Below are positions 47,343-57,526 of a DNA stretch of 64,000 nt, one piece after another; position 1 is the stretch's first letter; every line of letters starts with the position of its first letter. The DNA comes from Candidatus Anstonellaceae archaeon (GTDB lineage: Archaea > Micrarchaeota > Micrarchaeia > Anstonellales > Anstonellaceae). The stretch spans positions 26,856 through 90,855 of the forward strand of contig JAWAEU010000003.1 of assembly GCA_038891055.1 (NCBI GenBank), written 5' to 3'. The notes beneath the pieces were generated by a model. It worked only from the letters and a program-made list of their open reading frames with translations. It did no database searches and was not told the DNA's origin. Made by a program: the position numbers and the translations under genes.

Positions 47343-48563
47343 CTACCAGCCATAGTTTTTTCCAGTCGAATAGCTAAAAGTATCCATTGCAGCAAAAAAG
47401 TTTTTTTTAATAAGTCCAGGATGTCTTGTAATTAATTTCAGCACTATATTGAATTTTGCAACGATACTGAGTTTTGTCAAATCTCTAGGAAGGATTTTTC
47501 CAATCTGGTTTAATTCTTCTTCACTAAAAGAATAAAAGTACTTCTTTCCTTTCAATATTTTTTGATAGGGTGGAAGTTCTTTTTTCCACTTTTGTTCATA
47601 AATTTTTATTCTATCTTCTTCATAGGGGTCTGAGATATTTTGTTCTTTTGCACTATTATAGCATTCTATTATGGCCTGTGCTGCCAATTGCCCTGTTTTT
47701 AGTGCTAATTGTGTTCCACCCTCAAACATAGGCGAGGTAAACCCAGCAGCATCTCCAGCCATTAATAAACCATCAGAATATGTTTTTGGTAGTGGGCCAC
47801 CACAAGGGATCATTCCCCCAAATGGCCGCAATATTTTCTTTTTATCCAACCCTTTTTTTTCTATAAATAATTTTAGATTTTTATGAATTTCAGTTTGCTG
47901 TGTACTCACTAAACCAACATTTGCTCTATTATTATCCTTTGGCATTATCCACAAGTATCCCCCAGGAGCCAATTTAGGATCTAAATAAAATTCAATAAAC
48001 TCTTCTGTGGCAACATCATCTAGTAAATATTGTGCTCCTGCTATTAGTTCTAATTCTTTGTGGTTTATTTTCAAAATTTTATTGGTAATACTTTGGTACC
48101 CACTACAGTCTACAACTACCTTAGATTTTATTCCAATTTTTGTGGATTGAATTGACCACACGCCGTTTTTTCTACTAAGACCTAAAACTCTACTCTCTGT
48201 TTTAATCTTAGCACCTTGTTCAACTGCCAGCTGTAGTAAATAATTCTCAAACAAGTCTTTATTTAGATCATAGCCTTCCTCCCTATATACCACAAAATCT
48301 CCAGAAGGAAAGAAAACTTTAATTCCCTTTACTCTTAGTCCTAAGGCTTCTTTTGGTATATCCTTTAATTCCATCCTATTTATTGCATACTCAGATAAGC
48401 CTTCACCACAATGAACTGGCTTTCCTACTTCTTTGTGCTCCTCTAAAATAGTTGTTGTTAGGCCAGCCTTAGCACAATAATAAGCTGCACTCAAGCCAGC
48501 AGGCCCAGCTCCAATAATAGCTACTTCTTCTACACTATCTTGCTGATATATTAGCTCAGCCAT
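47343..48563 (-). CDS. geranylgeranyl reductase family FAD-dependent oxidoreductase (second paralog)
   Basis: 406 aa with the motif VAIIGAGPAGLSAAYYCAKAG. Confidence 0.75.
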   Translation of the reverse strand: MAELIYQQDSVEEVAIIGAGPAGLSAAYYCAKAGLTTTILEEHKEVGKPVHCGEGLSEYAINRMELKDIPKEALGLRVKGIKVFFPSGDFVVYREEGYDLNKDLFENYLLQLAVEQGAKIKTESRVLGLSRKNGVWSIQSTKIGIKSKVVVDCSGYQSITNKILKINHKELELIAGAQYLLDDVATEEFIEFYLDPKLAPGGYLWIMPKDNNRANVGLVSTQQTEIHKNLKLFIEKKGLDKKKILRPFGGMIPCGGPLPKTYSDGLLMAGDAAGFTSPMFEGGTQLALKTGQLAAQAIIECYNSAKEQNISDPYEEDRIKIYEQKWKKELPPYQKILKGKKYFYSFSEEELNQIGKILPRDLTKLSIVAKFNIVLKLITRHPGLIKKNFFAAMDTFSYSTGKNYGW

Positions 48564-48574
48564 ATTTCATCCTT

Positions 48575-49675
48575 TTATTTTTTATTATTCATAGCGTCTA
48601 AAACTTTTTGTTTTGCAATCTGGATTGCGGTCTTTCTTGTATCCCAATCTTTACTATTCTCTAAAACTTTTGCAGTATTTGCCTTTATTTTTTTCTCAAC
48701 TAATTCAAACATCTGCTCTTTATTCATTCCAACATATTCTGCATAAGAGGATATTACACCTCCAGCATTAGCAACAAAGTCAGGTACCACTAAAATTTTA
48801 TTTTTAGCAAGTTTTTTTTCTATTTCATGACTAATTGGGAGATTTGCTGCCTCTACTATCAATTTTGCCTTTACTTTTTTGTAGTTCTTTTCGTTTATTA
48901 CATTTGGTCTTGCTCCAGGAATTAATATATCTACATCTAATTCAAATAGTTTGGTAGCCTCCATTTTTTTACCCTCGTATTCTATAACTGTGCCTTTTGT
49001 TTGCTTTATTTCAACAGCCTTTTGGTAATCAATACCATCCTTATTATAAATAGCTCCTTTAGAATCAGAGAGAGCAACTATTTTGGCACCCATTTGCTCT
49101 AAAAATTTATGAGTAAAGGTGCCAACGTTTCCATAACCTTCAATTGCTACTGTGCAATCACTCAAATCTTTTTTTAGAAATTCTACTGCCACCTTTGTTG
49201 CATGTGCAACTCCAAATCCAGTGGAACCAAGTTCATGGGGAAGTCCGCCCATACTAAGTGGCTTTCCTGTGGCTGCTTTTTTATCTTTTAGTTCATCTGC
49301 AATATATCCCATTTCTTTTTCCGTTGTATTCATATCTGGTCCTGGAATATAATATTGAGGCACAAGGGGTTTTATTAACCTGGCAAAAGATCTAATTACC
49401 TTTTCTTTATCAATTTTCTTTGGATCTGCAGCAATACCTGATTTTGCTCCTCCAAAAGGTATGTCAGCCATTGAATTTTTATATGTCATTGCTCTAGCAA
49501 GTCCAAATACTTCCTCTACACTGATATCTGATACTAACCTAATTCCACCCTTACCAGGTCCAAGGGCAGTATTATCTACCACTACCACTCCCCAGTAGTT
49601 AAGTTTTGGATCCTGAACATAAAGTATTTTCTCTGGGCCCATTTCATCTGCAAATTTGTACATTTTCTCACCCAA
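48575..49675 (-). CDS. Glu/Leu/Phe/Val dehydrogenase family protein
   Basis: 366 aa with catalytic GPGKGGIRL and the Rossmann GYGNVG. Confidence 0.8.
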   Translation of the reverse strand: MGEKMYKFADEMGPEKILYVQDPKLNYWGVVVVDNTALGPGKGGIRLVSDISVEEVFGLARAMTYKNSMADIPFGGAKSGIAADPKKIDKEKVIRSFARLIKPLVPQYYIPGPDMNTTEKEMGYIADELKDKKAATGKPLSMGGLPHELGSTGFGVAHATKVAVEFLKKDLSDCTVAIEGYGNVGTFTHKFLEQMGAKIVALSDSKGAIYNKDGIDYQKAVEIKQTKGTVIEYEGKKMEATKLFELDVDILIPGARPNVINEKNYKKVKAKLIVEAANLPISHEIEKKLAKNKILVVPDFVANAGGVISSYAEYVGMNKEQMFELVEKKIKANTAKVLENSKDWDTRKTAIQIAKQKVLDAMNNKK

Positions 49676-49722
49676 TTTTAAATTGTAATCTCAAAATAAG
49701 TTTATAAATTTTTATTAATTTT

Positions 49723-50607
49723 TTAATTTTTTTCTAATTCGAATTTATATACCCTACATTGTTCTGTAAATCTTTTGATAGGAATAATCTTAAATTTATT
49801 TTTTTGAAATTTTTCTAAAATCTTTTTTTCTATTTCCTTAGAGTGTGTTTCTATTAGCCAAACAGGAACCTTTCTAATAAGCTCATCTTCCACTCTAACC
49901 AAAAACTCCTCACATCCCTCACAATCTATTTTTGCAACATCATAGTTATTTTCTTTTAAAATTTTTGTAAAAGAGATACAATTAAAAGTATATATTTCAG
50001 GCTCTATTTTAAAAAGTTTGTTTAAAAAGTTAGATAGTTTTAACCCAAATTTTCCACTACCTTCTATTTCCGTTGTTTTTATCTTTATTTCTCCTTCTCT
50101 ATCTCCAACAGCCAATTTATTTATTCTATATTTTTTGGCAGGATATTGCTGTAAATTCATTTTCATTATTTCAATATTCAATTCCACTGGTTCATATATA
50201 TCTACAAACTGTGCACCTCTGTCCAAAAAATACATGGCAGTATCTCCGTTATGTCCGCCAACATCCAAAATCCTTTTTTCTTTAAAATCAGCAGGATATT
50301 CCTCTTCAAATTTTTTACTAGCAATTTTGTAGAGTGTCAAGGCATGTACCATAGTGCCATAATATTTTTTATTATCTATCTCCCAACAAAATATCTCTTT
50401 TTCTCTATCCACTATTTCTTTTTTGTATTTCCAAATTTTTAATCCACCCAAATAAACAAAATTTGTTTCTGTTCCATCTTTAAATTTTATTTTTCTTGGT
50501 ATATGCAACAATTTTGAAATAAACACATCAGGAATACTGCTAAGCTTTACATACTTAAAAACCAAGAATAAAAATTCTGCAATTAATTTAATTTTTTCAA
50601 TCAACAT
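49723..50607 (-). CDS. FkbM-family SAM-dependent methyltransferase
   Basis: 294 aa; ILDVGGHNGDTAMYF is the FkbM motif. Confidence 0.6.
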   Translation of the reverse strand: MLIEKIKLIAEFLFLVFKYVKLSSIPDVFISKLLHIPRKIKFKDGTETNFVYLGGLKIWKYKKEIVDREKEIFCWEIDNKKYYGTMVHALTLYKIASKKFEEEYPADFKEKRILDVGGHNGDTAMYFLDRGAQFVDIYEPVELNIEIMKMNLQQYPAKKYRINKLAVGDREGEIKIKTTEIEGSGKFGLKLSNFLNKLFKIEPEIYTFNCISFTKILKENNYDVAKIDCEGCEEFLVRVEDELIRKVPVWLIETHSKEIEKKILEKFQKNKFKIIPIKRFTEQCRVYKFELEKN

Positions 50608-50630
50608 ATTCTAACCATTCAAAAATTTTT

Positions 50631-50716
50631 AATAACAAATTATACAAAACAAATATTTTAAAATATAATGGTTAATAACAAATTATACAAAACAAATATT
50701 TTAAAATTAATGGAGA
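50631..50716. repeat. 43-bp tandem direct duplication (2 copies) in the intergenic/promoter region
   Basis: AATAACAAATTATACAAAACAAATATTTTAAAAT occurs at 50631 and again at 50674, followed by ATAATGG/TAATGG. The copies are 34/34 identical. Confidence 0.7.
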
Positions 50717-50828
50717 GAATTAAGATTACTTTAAATTTAATTTTTTAAAATTTCAAATTTCTCACAAAATATTTTTCTCAAGGTTAGTTTTTTATTTAGA
50801 TGCTTAAAAAATCATTTGAAGCTTAAGC

Positions 50829-51311
50829 TTATCTATTTCTAAAAGTTGCTGCACTTACAACTGAATATATACTTTCTTTATTTCTAAATTTCTTAAATAA
50901 ATTCAAATTCATAGTGCCATTAGGATAGTTAGTTACTTCTTGAATCATTATTAATTCAATAACTACCAAAATAAATTCAACGCTATATTCTCCATATTTA
51001 TTCAATCCTCTAAATTTTTTAGCTTGCTCTTTTTTAAAAACTTGCAATGTTGGGGGAAACTTGTTTACAGGTTTAACTTTCATTATAATCTCATTTATTA
51101 TATGGTCTACTAATTTTATTGTTAGCTTTTCATTTCTAGACAACTTCATATATAAATCAATTATCAAGTGAATGTGTTTAGGTGTCCTAACTCTTTTATT
51201 TTTTTCCTTATAATGAACCTTAAAATCATATGGAGATTGTGTTTTATTTCCTTTTGATACAAGAATTTCTATATCCTCCTCTGTTTTAAAAATTTTAAAG
51301 TATTGGTCCAT
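50829..51311 (-). CDS. hypothetical protein divergent from the RHH-methyltransferase operon
   Basis: Probable start at the internal Met (MDQYFKIFK...), 160 aa, no recognisable motif. The ORF track extends to 51377. Confidence 0.4.
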   Translation of the reverse strand: MDQYFKIFKTEEDIEILVSKGNKTQSPYDFKVHYKEKNKRVRTPKHIHLIIDLYMKLSRNEKLTIKLVDHIINEIIMKVKPVNKFPPTLQVFKKEQAKKFRGLNKYGEYSVEFILVVIELIMIQEVTNYPNGTMNLNLFKKFRNKESIYSVVSAATFRNR

Positions 51312-51393
51312 AAATAAGAAAATAAACAAAATTTTTATATATATTTTATTTTGATAAATATTTATAAATAAATACAAATATTAAAGTGGTGCT

Positions 51394-51558
51394 ATGGCTA
51401 AAAAAATAGTAGTATCCTTAACTTTGGATTCTGATATTTATGAAAAATTTAAACAAATATGTAAGAATAATGATATTAAAGCTTCTACAAAAGTGAATAC
51501 TCTTATCAAGGAATGGTTGGAAAAAAACAGCGGAGTTAATTCAAATGAAAGAAACTAA
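51394..51558 (+). CDS. ribbon-helix-helix (CopG/Arc-like) DNA-binding protein
   Basis: 54 aa MAKKIVVSLTLDSDIYEKFKQICKNNDIKASTKVNTLIKEWLEK... with a beta-strand then two helices. It overlaps the downstream methyltransferase start by 14 nt. Not in the supplied track. Confidence 0.55.
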   Translation: MAKKIVVSLTLDSDIYEKFKQICKNNDIKASTKVNTLIKEWLEKNSGVNSNERN

Positions 51559-52483
51559 GTTTATCCAAATGACAGAGATCACCCAAAAAGATTACCAAGA
51601 GTTTATTAGAAAAACTAAAAAAATTATCATCGAAGATACGGTTATAGAAATAGGTAAGGTTCATAACATCAAGGTTCTTCAGCCAGAGAAATTTGAACTA
51701 GAAACTACAACAGTTTGGAGTTTTCCAAAAAGGGGAGAATGGGCTACACACTACCTAAATGCCAAATATAGGGGCAATTGGGCCCCACAGGTAGTAAGAA
51801 ATATACTTCTTAGATATTCAAAAGAAGGAGACGTTGTTTTAGATGCCTTTGTTGGATCTGGTACGACTCTAATAGAGTGTAAACTAACTAATAGAAAGGG
51901 TATAGGTGTCGATATTAACAAAGAAGCCCTAATTTTAACAAGAGATAGATTAAATTTTAACTCTCTATCTAGTTTTATAGAGCAAAAAACATTTCTGGGG
52001 GATGCAAGAAATTTAGATCTAATTAGTGATGAAAGTGTCGATCTAATTCTTACTCATCCACCATATGCTAGTATAATACCCTATACTAAAAACTCAAATT
52101 ATGCACAAGAAGGAGATCTATCTAAAGTTAGATCAGCTGAAGAATTTTTTAGAGAAATGAAAAAAGTTGCACAGGAGTTTTTTAGAGTTTTAAAACCAGG
52201 CAAGTATTGCGCAATTCTAATCGGAGACACTAGAAGAAATAAACACCAGGTTTTAATTTCTTTTGGTGTGTTAAAATCTTTTTTAGAAAGCGGGTTTATT
52301 CTAAAGGAAGATATAATTAAGATCCAACATAACACAAAAACAGCCCATCTTTGGAAAAAATCATCTATAAAAAATAATTTTCTTTTATTGGCCCATGAAC
52401 ATCTTTTTGTATTTAGAAAACCACAAAAAGGAGAAAAGCTAACTAAATTCAAAGAAAGCACCGCATTAAACTTTATTGACTAA
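51545..52483 (+). CDS. N6-adenine/N4-cytosine-type DNA methyltransferase with motif order I before IV
   Basis: 312 aa. WSFPKRGEWATHY...VLDAFVGSGTTLIEC...NRKGIGVDINKEA resembles the SAM-binding half of N6_N4 MTases. The catalytic tetrapeptide THPPY (a DPPY variant) follows ~70 residues later. Confidence 0.65.
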   Translation: MKETKFIQMTEITQKDYQEFIRKTKKIIIEDTVIEIGKVHNIKVLQPEKFELETTTVWSFPKRGEWATHYLNAKYRGNWAPQVVRNILLRYSKEGDVVLDAFVGSGTTLIECKLTNRKGIGVDINKEALILTRDRLNFNSLSSFIEQKTFLGDARNLDLISDESVDLILTHPPYASIIPYTKNSNYAQEGDLSKVRSAEEFFREMKKVAQEFFRVLKPGKYCAILIGDTRRNKHQVLISFGVLKSFLESGFILKEDIIKIQHNTKTAHLWKKSSIKNNFLLLAHEHLFVFRKPQKGEKLTKFKESTALNFID

Positions 52484-52645
52484 ATTTCTTTATCTTCCAA
52501 TCTATAAATTACTTGGAAATTTTTAAATTTTTATTTTGAAAAATTTTTTATTTTGAATATTAATATATTAAATCTAAATAACTTGAAATTTATAGAGGCG
52601 AAACATTTATATATGTTTTATATTCAATTTATTTTAGTTGGATAG

Positions 52646-52686
52646 GCCTTTTTTTTAAAATTCTAAAAAGGCGCATATCTTTTTTT
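52646..52686 (+). terminator. hairpin plus oligo-T just upstream of the proteasome beta RBS
   Basis: GCCTTTTT (52646-52653) pairs with AAAAAGGC (52665-52672) across an 11-nt loop, followed by TCTTTTTTTG. Confidence 0.3.
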
Positions 52687-52699
52687 GAAGGTGAGTAAA

Positions 52700-53329
52700 A
52701 TGGAGATGCAAAGTTCAAAATCTCTTCAAACAGGTACTACTACTGTTGCAATAGCTTGTGCTGATGGAATAGTGTTAGGCTCAGACAAAAGAGCAACTAT
52801 GGGTTATTTTATTGCCTCTAAAGATGTAACTAAAATTTTTCCAATTTCTGATAGTCTTGCAATGACTGTAGCTGGGTCAGTAGGGGATGCGCAAGCTTTG
52901 GTAAGATTATTACAAGCTGAGGCAAGATTATATAAATTAAAATATTCTAAGGAAATGTCTGCTACTTCAGCAGCTACTTTGTTGTCAAATGTTTTATTCC
53001 AATATAAGTTTTTTCCATATTTTGTACAATTAATCTTAGCAGGAAAAGATGAAGACAAATATAAAATATTTTCTATAGATGCAATAGGTGGAGTTACAGA
53101 AGAAAAGTTTACTTCTTCTGGCTCTGGTTCACCGATTGCTTATGGCGTGCTAGAAGCTTCTTACAAGGATGGAGCCACTACAAAAGAAATGATTCCAGTT
53201 GCAATAAAAGCAGTTAATATTGCAATGAAAAGAGATGCTGCTTCAGGTGAAGCAGTAGATATTGTTCTAATTACAAAAAATGGTATAAAAAGGCTAGAAA
53301 AAGGAGAACTTAGCAAATTGGCAGAATAA
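52700..53329 (+). CDS. psmB: proteasome beta subunit
   Basis: Short propeptide MEMQSSKSLQTG then the Thr1 region TTTVAIACADGIVLGSDKRAT. Ribosome-binding site AAGGTGA at 52688-52694. Confidence 0.85.
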   Translation: MEMQSSKSLQTGTTTVAIACADGIVLGSDKRATMGYFIASKDVTKIFPISDSLAMTVAGSVGDAQALVRLLQAEARLYKLKYSKEMSATSAATLLSNVLFQYKFFPYFVQLILAGKDEDKYKIFSIDAIGGVTEEKFTSSGSGSPIAYGVLEASYKDGATTKEMIPVAIKAVNIAMKRDAASGEAVDIVLITKNGIKRLEKGELSKLAE

Positions 53330-53407
53330 AATTGGTTTTTATCTCAATTTATATTCTCTATTAGACGAGATCACTAATATAACAAATTAATTTTCAAGGT
53401 TTTTTAG

Positions 53408-55303
53408 ATGGAACTAAAAGAGATCGAAAAAAAACTTTTAGAACTAGTGCCTAAAGAATGTGGTCTTAATAAAATAGAACCTGAGGGTTTAGATATAGTG
53501 CTCTATTTAAAAGACATAAAAAAGTTTTATGAAAATGATTTTTTAATAAAGAAAATAGCCTCTAGCATAAGAAAGAGAATTATAATTAGATCAGATCCTT
53601 CTACTCTACTAAAGCAAGATGAGGCATTAGAAAAAATAAAACAAATTATACCTCCAGAAGCACAAGTGGAAGAAATAAGATTTTGTCCAGAATTTTGTGA
53701 AGTAGTAATAGAAGCTCTAAAACCAGGTTTAGTGATAGGAAAAGGAGGGGAAAACATAAAAAAAATAATTCAACAAACCGGGTGGGTGCCAAGAATAGAG
53801 CGAAAACCAACCATGCCCTCTTCCACTCTAAAAGGAATAAGGGCTTCTTTAATAAAAGAGGCCCCCCAAAGAAAAAAATTTTTAGTAAATTTAGGAAAAA
53901 AGATTTGTTTGCCTGTAGGCAAAACCGAAATGATAAAAGTCACAGCTCTTGGTGGCTATAAGGAAGTAGGAAGAAGTTGTACTTTGTTTGAAACAAACAA
54001 TTCCAAAATTTTAATTGACTGTGGTGTTAATCCAGAAACCTTTGAACCACAAAAAGCATATCCCCATCTTTCTGCAATGCAATTAGAATTAGACAAAATA
54101 GATGCAATTATATTAACCCATGCACATTTGGATCATAGTGGTTTTATTCCTTATTTGTTTGCATATGGATATGATGGTCCAGTCTATTGTACTCCACCTA
54201 CAAGAGATCTAACTATATTGTTGCAAAATGATTTTGTAAACGTATTACAAAAAACAAACGGAACAAAATCGCCTTATGGTATAAAAGATATACAAAAAGA
54301 ATTATCTCACATGGTTGTTTTAGACTATGGTGAGGTAGTAGATATTTCTAATGAGATAAAACTAACTTTTTATAATGCAGGACATATCTTAGGCTCAGCA
54401 CAAGTTCACCTACATATTGGAGAGGGCTTACACAACGTAGTATTTAGTGGAGATATAAAATATGGTTTTACTAAATTGTTAGAACCAGCAGAAACCTCTT
54501 TTCCACGAGTGGAAACTTTGTTTGTAGAATCTACCTATGGTGCAAGAACTGATATTATGTCCTCAAGATTTGAGGCAGATAAAAATTTGATCGATTTTAT
54601 ATTAAAAGTGATTGAAAGAAAAGGAAAAGTTTTGATCCCAGTTTTCTCTGTCGGTCGAAGCCAGGAAATCATGTTGGTTTTAGAAGAATTTTGCTCCAAA
54701 AACCCAGATAAGGCTTTTAATGTTTTTATTGATGGAATGGTTTTAGAAGCATCTGCCATCCACACTGCCTATCCAGAATATTTGAGGCACAATATTCAAA
54801 AAAGAATTTTATCCAATAATTCTCCTTTCGAGTCAAAAATATTTATCGTAGCCAAAGGAGATAGAAAGCAAATAGTGGAAGAAGAAGACCCATGTGTTAT
54901 TTTGTCACCTTCAGGTATGATGACAGGTGGACCAGTGTTGGATTATTTAAAATATATGTGTGAGGATGAAAAAAATGCCTTGGTTTTTGTAGGTTATCAA
55001 TCTACTCTCTCTTTGGGAAGAAAAATCCAAAATGGTTTAAAAGAAGTTCCATTTATAGGAGAAGATGGAAAAACAAATGTTTTCAAAATAAACATGGAGG
55101 TAAGAACTATAGAAGGTTATTCTGGGCATTCTGATAGGGCACAACTAATGAAATACATTAAAAATATCAGGCCTCATCCTTCAAAGATTTTTACTATGCA
55201 TGGAGAAGAAGCAAAATGCGAAGATTTAGCAAGGTCTGCTCATCATATGGTTAGAGCAGAATCTAGAGCTCCCCTGGATTTAGATTCTTTTAGATTACTC
55301 TAA
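53408..55303 (+). CDS. fttA: aCPSF1/FttA (KH + metallo-beta-lactamase + beta-CASP ribonuclease; archaeal termination factor)
   Basis: 631 aa. N-terminal KH domain (GKGGENIKKI) and MBL motif ILTHAHLDHSG. Conserved adjacency to psmB. Confidence 0.85.
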   Translation: MELKEIEKKLLELVPKECGLNKIEPEGLDIVLYLKDIKKFYENDFLIKKIASSIRKRIIIRSDPSTLLKQDEALEKIKQIIPPEAQVEEIRFCPEFCEVVIEALKPGLVIGKGGENIKKIIQQTGWVPRIERKPTMPSSTLKGIRASLIKEAPQRKKFLVNLGKKICLPVGKTEMIKVTALGGYKEVGRSCTLFETNNSKILIDCGVNPETFEPQKAYPHLSAMQLELDKIDAIILTHAHLDHSGFIPYLFAYGYDGPVYCTPPTRDLTILLQNDFVNVLQKTNGTKSPYGIKDIQKELSHMVVLDYGEVVDISNEIKLTFYNAGHILGSAQVHLHIGEGLHNVVFSGDIKYGFTKLLEPAETSFPRVETLFVESTYGARTDIMSSRFEADKNLIDFILKVIERKGKVLIPVFSVGRSQEIMLVLEEFCSKNPDKAFNVFIDGMVLEASAIHTAYPEYLRHNIQKRILSNNSPFESKIFIVAKGDRKQIVEEEDPCVILSPSGMMTGGPVLDYLKYMCEDEKNALVFVGYQSTLSLGRKIQNGLKEVPFIGEDGKTNVFKINMEVRTIEGYSGHSDRAQLMKYIKNIRPHPSKIFTMHGEEAKCEDLARSAHHMVRAESRAPLDLDSFRLL

Positions 55304-55366
55304 TTTAATTTTTTCACCCCCCAACTATCTTATTATTTTTTATTCTTTTTTATTTAAATAATTCTT

Positions 55367-57505
55367 ATGAGAAAAATTTTAATTACTGCTGCACTACCTT
55401 ATTCTAATAACTTGCCACATTTGGGAACTCTAATAGGTTGTGTGCTCTCAGCAGATGTATTTGCAAGATATCATCGTTTAGTAGGAAATAATTGTATTTA
55501 TATCTGTGGAACAGACGAATATGGTACTGCAACAGAAATAAAAGCAATGGAAGAAGGTTTAAGTCCACAGCAGCTGTGTGATAAGTACTATTTACTTCAT
55601 AAAGAAATTTATGAATGGTTTGACATTTCTTTTGATATCTTTGGTAGGACCACTACTCCAAAACACACTCAAATAGTACAAGAAATATTTTTAGACCTAT
55701 ATAAAAACGGCTATATTTTTGAAAAAGAAATAAGTCAGCCTTTTGATCAAAAGTTAGGTATTTTTCTTGCAGATAGATATATTAGTGGAAAATGCCCATT
55801 TTGTGGCTATACACAAGCAAGGGCTGATCAGTGCGATAACTGTGGTAAATTATTAGAATTCTCTTTACTAATAGATCCAATTAGTAAATTGTCTGGAACT
55901 ACTCCTACTATAAAAAATTCAAAACATCTTTTTTTAGATCTCCCAAAACTTGAGCCTCAAGTTAAAAAATTTATTTTAGAAGTAGAACAAAAAAACCTCT
56001 GGTCTAAAAATACTTTGGCTGTTACAAAAGCTTGGCTAAATGCTGGTTTGCAGCCAAGGGCTATAACTAGGGATCTAAAATGGGGAGTGAGAGTACCTCT
56101 GGAGGGATGGGAAAACAAAGTATTTTATGTTTGGTTTGATGCACCTATTGGGTATATTTCAATCACAGCTAATTTAACTGAAAATTATATGGATTGGTGG
56201 GGAGGCTCAAAAGACGTTGAGCACTATGAATTTATAGGCAAAGACAACATTCCATTTCATTCTATAATTTTTCCTGCTACTTTGATTGGCACAAAAAAAA
56301 CTTGGACATTACCTCATTTTATTTCTGCTACAGAATTTTTAAATTTCGAAGGACAAAAATTCTCAAAATCAAACAAAGTCGGAATTTTTGGTGACGATGC
56401 TATAAAAAGCGGAATTGAATCTGATGTTTGGCGCTATTATCTGATTGCAAATAGGCCAGAAACTTCAGATACTAATTTTTGTTGGGAAGACTTTGAAAAA
56501 AGAATAAATAGCGAACTTGTAGCAAACTTAGCAAATTTAGTAAATAGAACTTTGGTTTTTATATATAAAAATTTTGATGGAGTTGTACCACAACCAACCC
56601 TAAGTGCTGAAGATTTAGAATTTTTAGAGCAACAAAGAATTTATTCTGGAGGGGTTAGTTATAATTTAGAAAAAGTTCAATTAAGGGCAGCATTGGAAAA
56701 AGCTATGGAATTTTGTGCAAATGCAAACAGATATTTTCAAAATTCCAAACCATGGGAAAACATAAAGTTAAATCCACCTAAAGCAAGAACTTCTTTATTT
56801 GTATTGGCAAATGTGGTGTTTGATATTGCAATTTTGTTTGAGCCATTTTTACCAAAAACCTCGTCCAAAATACTTAAGCAACTTAACATTTCCCAAAAGC
56901 CAACTTGGTTTGACCTCAATAAATTAAAGATCCAACCAGGACACAAAATAAATGAGCCCTTCCATCTCTTTGAAAAGTTGGATAAATCAAAAATTCAACA
57001 ACTCGCTTTGCAATATTCCTCTAAAGCAGAACATCAAGAATTAAAAAATTTATATTTAGAAGTAGGGCAAATAATATCTGTAGAACTACATCCAAATGCC
57101 TCTAATCTTTATATTGAGCAAGTAAAACTTTCAGATAAGACAATTAGAATTGTTTCTGGGCTTGCAAAATTCTACAACCCCAACGAGCTTTTAAATAAAA
57201 ACTGTTTGATTGTAAGGAACCTGGAGTCAAAAGTTATTAGAGGGGTGAGAAGTGATGGCATGCTTCTTGCAGCCCAATCTTCAAATTTAGAATTGGAAAT
57301 TATAGAACCCCAATCAGATGTTGGCCAGATAGTAAATTTTGAGGGAATTGTCCCAACACAAAATCCAAAGCTTCTCTCTTTAGACGAATTTTTTAAATTT
57401 AAGTTAGAAGTAAGAGAAGGAATTTGCTATGCAAATGGAAAAAAAATGTTAATTGGAGGGACAGAACTAAAAACTAAAAAAATTAAAAATGGCATAATAA
57501 AATAA
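55367..57505 (+). CDS. metG: methionyl-tRNA synthetase with C-terminal EMAP/Trbp111-like tRNA-binding domain
   Basis: 712 aa. HIGH-type motif PHLGT, KMSKS-type KFSKS, a Cys4 knuckle (CPFCG...CDNCG), and a C-terminal OB domain GQIISVELHPNASNLYIEQV. Confidence 0.9.
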   Translation: MRKILITAALPYSNNLPHLGTLIGCVLSADVFARYHRLVGNNCIYICGTDEYGTATEIKAMEEGLSPQQLCDKYYLLHKEIYEWFDISFDIFGRTTTPKHTQIVQEIFLDLYKNGYIFEKEISQPFDQKLGIFLADRYISGKCPFCGYTQARADQCDNCGKLLEFSLLIDPISKLSGTTPTIKNSKHLFLDLPKLEPQVKKFILEVEQKNLWSKNTLAVTKAWLNAGLQPRAITRDLKWGVRVPLEGWENKVFYVWFDAPIGYISITANLTENYMDWWGGSKDVEHYEFIGKDNIPFHSIIFPATLIGTKKTWTLPHFISATEFLNFEGQKFSKSNKVGIFGDDAIKSGIESDVWRYYLIANRPETSDTNFCWEDFEKRINSELVANLANLVNRTLVFIYKNFDGVVPQPTLSAEDLEFLEQQRIYSGGVSYNLEKVQLRAALEKAMEFCANANRYFQNSKPWENIKLNPPKARTSLFVLANVVFDIAILFEPFLPKTSSKILKQLNISQKPTWFDLNKLKIQPGHKINEPFHLFEKLDKSKIQQLALQYSSKAEHQELKNLYLEVGQIISVELHPNASNLYIEQVKLSDKTIRIVSGLAKFYNPNELLNKNCLIVRNLESKVIRGVRSDGMLLAAQSSNLELEIIEPQSDVGQIVNFEGIVPTQNPKLLSLDEFFKFKLEVREGICYANGKKMLIGGTELKTKKIKNGIIK

Positions 57506-57526
57506 TTTAAGCTGTTTTGAAATTTT

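Noticed and set aside
50631-50716. Possible CRISPR array
   Set aside because: Only two copies of a 43-bp unit, directly adjacent with no spacers, and no cas genes anywhere in the window. No other regularly spaced repeats were seen.
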